Positions 36,491 through 36,491 of a DNA stretch of 36,491 bases are shown piece after piece. Numbering within the stretch: the stretch's first letter is position 1; each line of letters opens with the position of its first letter. Source of the stretch: a virus (taxonomy: Duplodnaviria > Caudoviricetes); the IMG/VR virus record IMGVR_UViG_3300017914_001762, positions 1-36,491 of that record; one strand, written 5' to 3'. The position numbers and the translations under genes were made by a program. The notes below the pieces were generated by a model. The model was not told the DNA's origin, ran no database searches, and worked only from the letters and a program-made list of their open reading frames with translations.

Positions 36491-36491
36491 A

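Noticed and set aside
1-36491. tRNA, rRNA, CRISPR array, integrase/transposase, intron/intein or recoded stop codons
   Set aside because: None recognised by eye. Genes are intact and tightly packed under the standard code, with TAA, TAG and TGA all used as stops.

Overview
AT-rich window from a large tailed dsDNA phage, T4-like/jumbo-type by gene content and late-promoter-like motifs; host not identifiable from sequence alone. Read on the minus strand, four virion/tail genes plus the end of a fifth gene (30859-36490) are followed by one almost gap-free run of 42 genes (750-30777, largest gap 17 nt). This run looks like a glycan/small-molecule biosynthesis cluster. It encodes 6 radical-SAM enzymes with twitch/SPASM-like Cys domains, about 7 glycosyltransferase-like proteins, 4 SGNH-fold proteins and 2 UDP-glucose-dehydrogenase-family proteins. 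It also encodes a DegT-type aminotransferase, an amidinotransferase, a NodU/CmcH carbamoyltransferase, two 2OG-Fe(II) oxygenases, a methyltransferase-like protein, two nucleotidyltransferases, a PMM-type HAD enzyme, a cupin, a GDPD-like protein and a RuBisCO-like (form IV) protein. Four small genes missing from the ORF track fill the gaps, including a 40-aa peptide ending DPYIYK embedded among the SGNH genes. The left end has two small plus-strand genes between imperfect direct repeats and a long hairpin. Best leads: (i) a possible Tyr-peptide/SGNH/carbamoyltransferase relay resembling DltX-DltD, (ii) a RuBisCO-like sugar-nucleotide module, (iii) a possible guanidino/carbamoyl-sugar pathway, plausibly for virion glycosylation. 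All calls come from motif recognition by eye; no searches were run.
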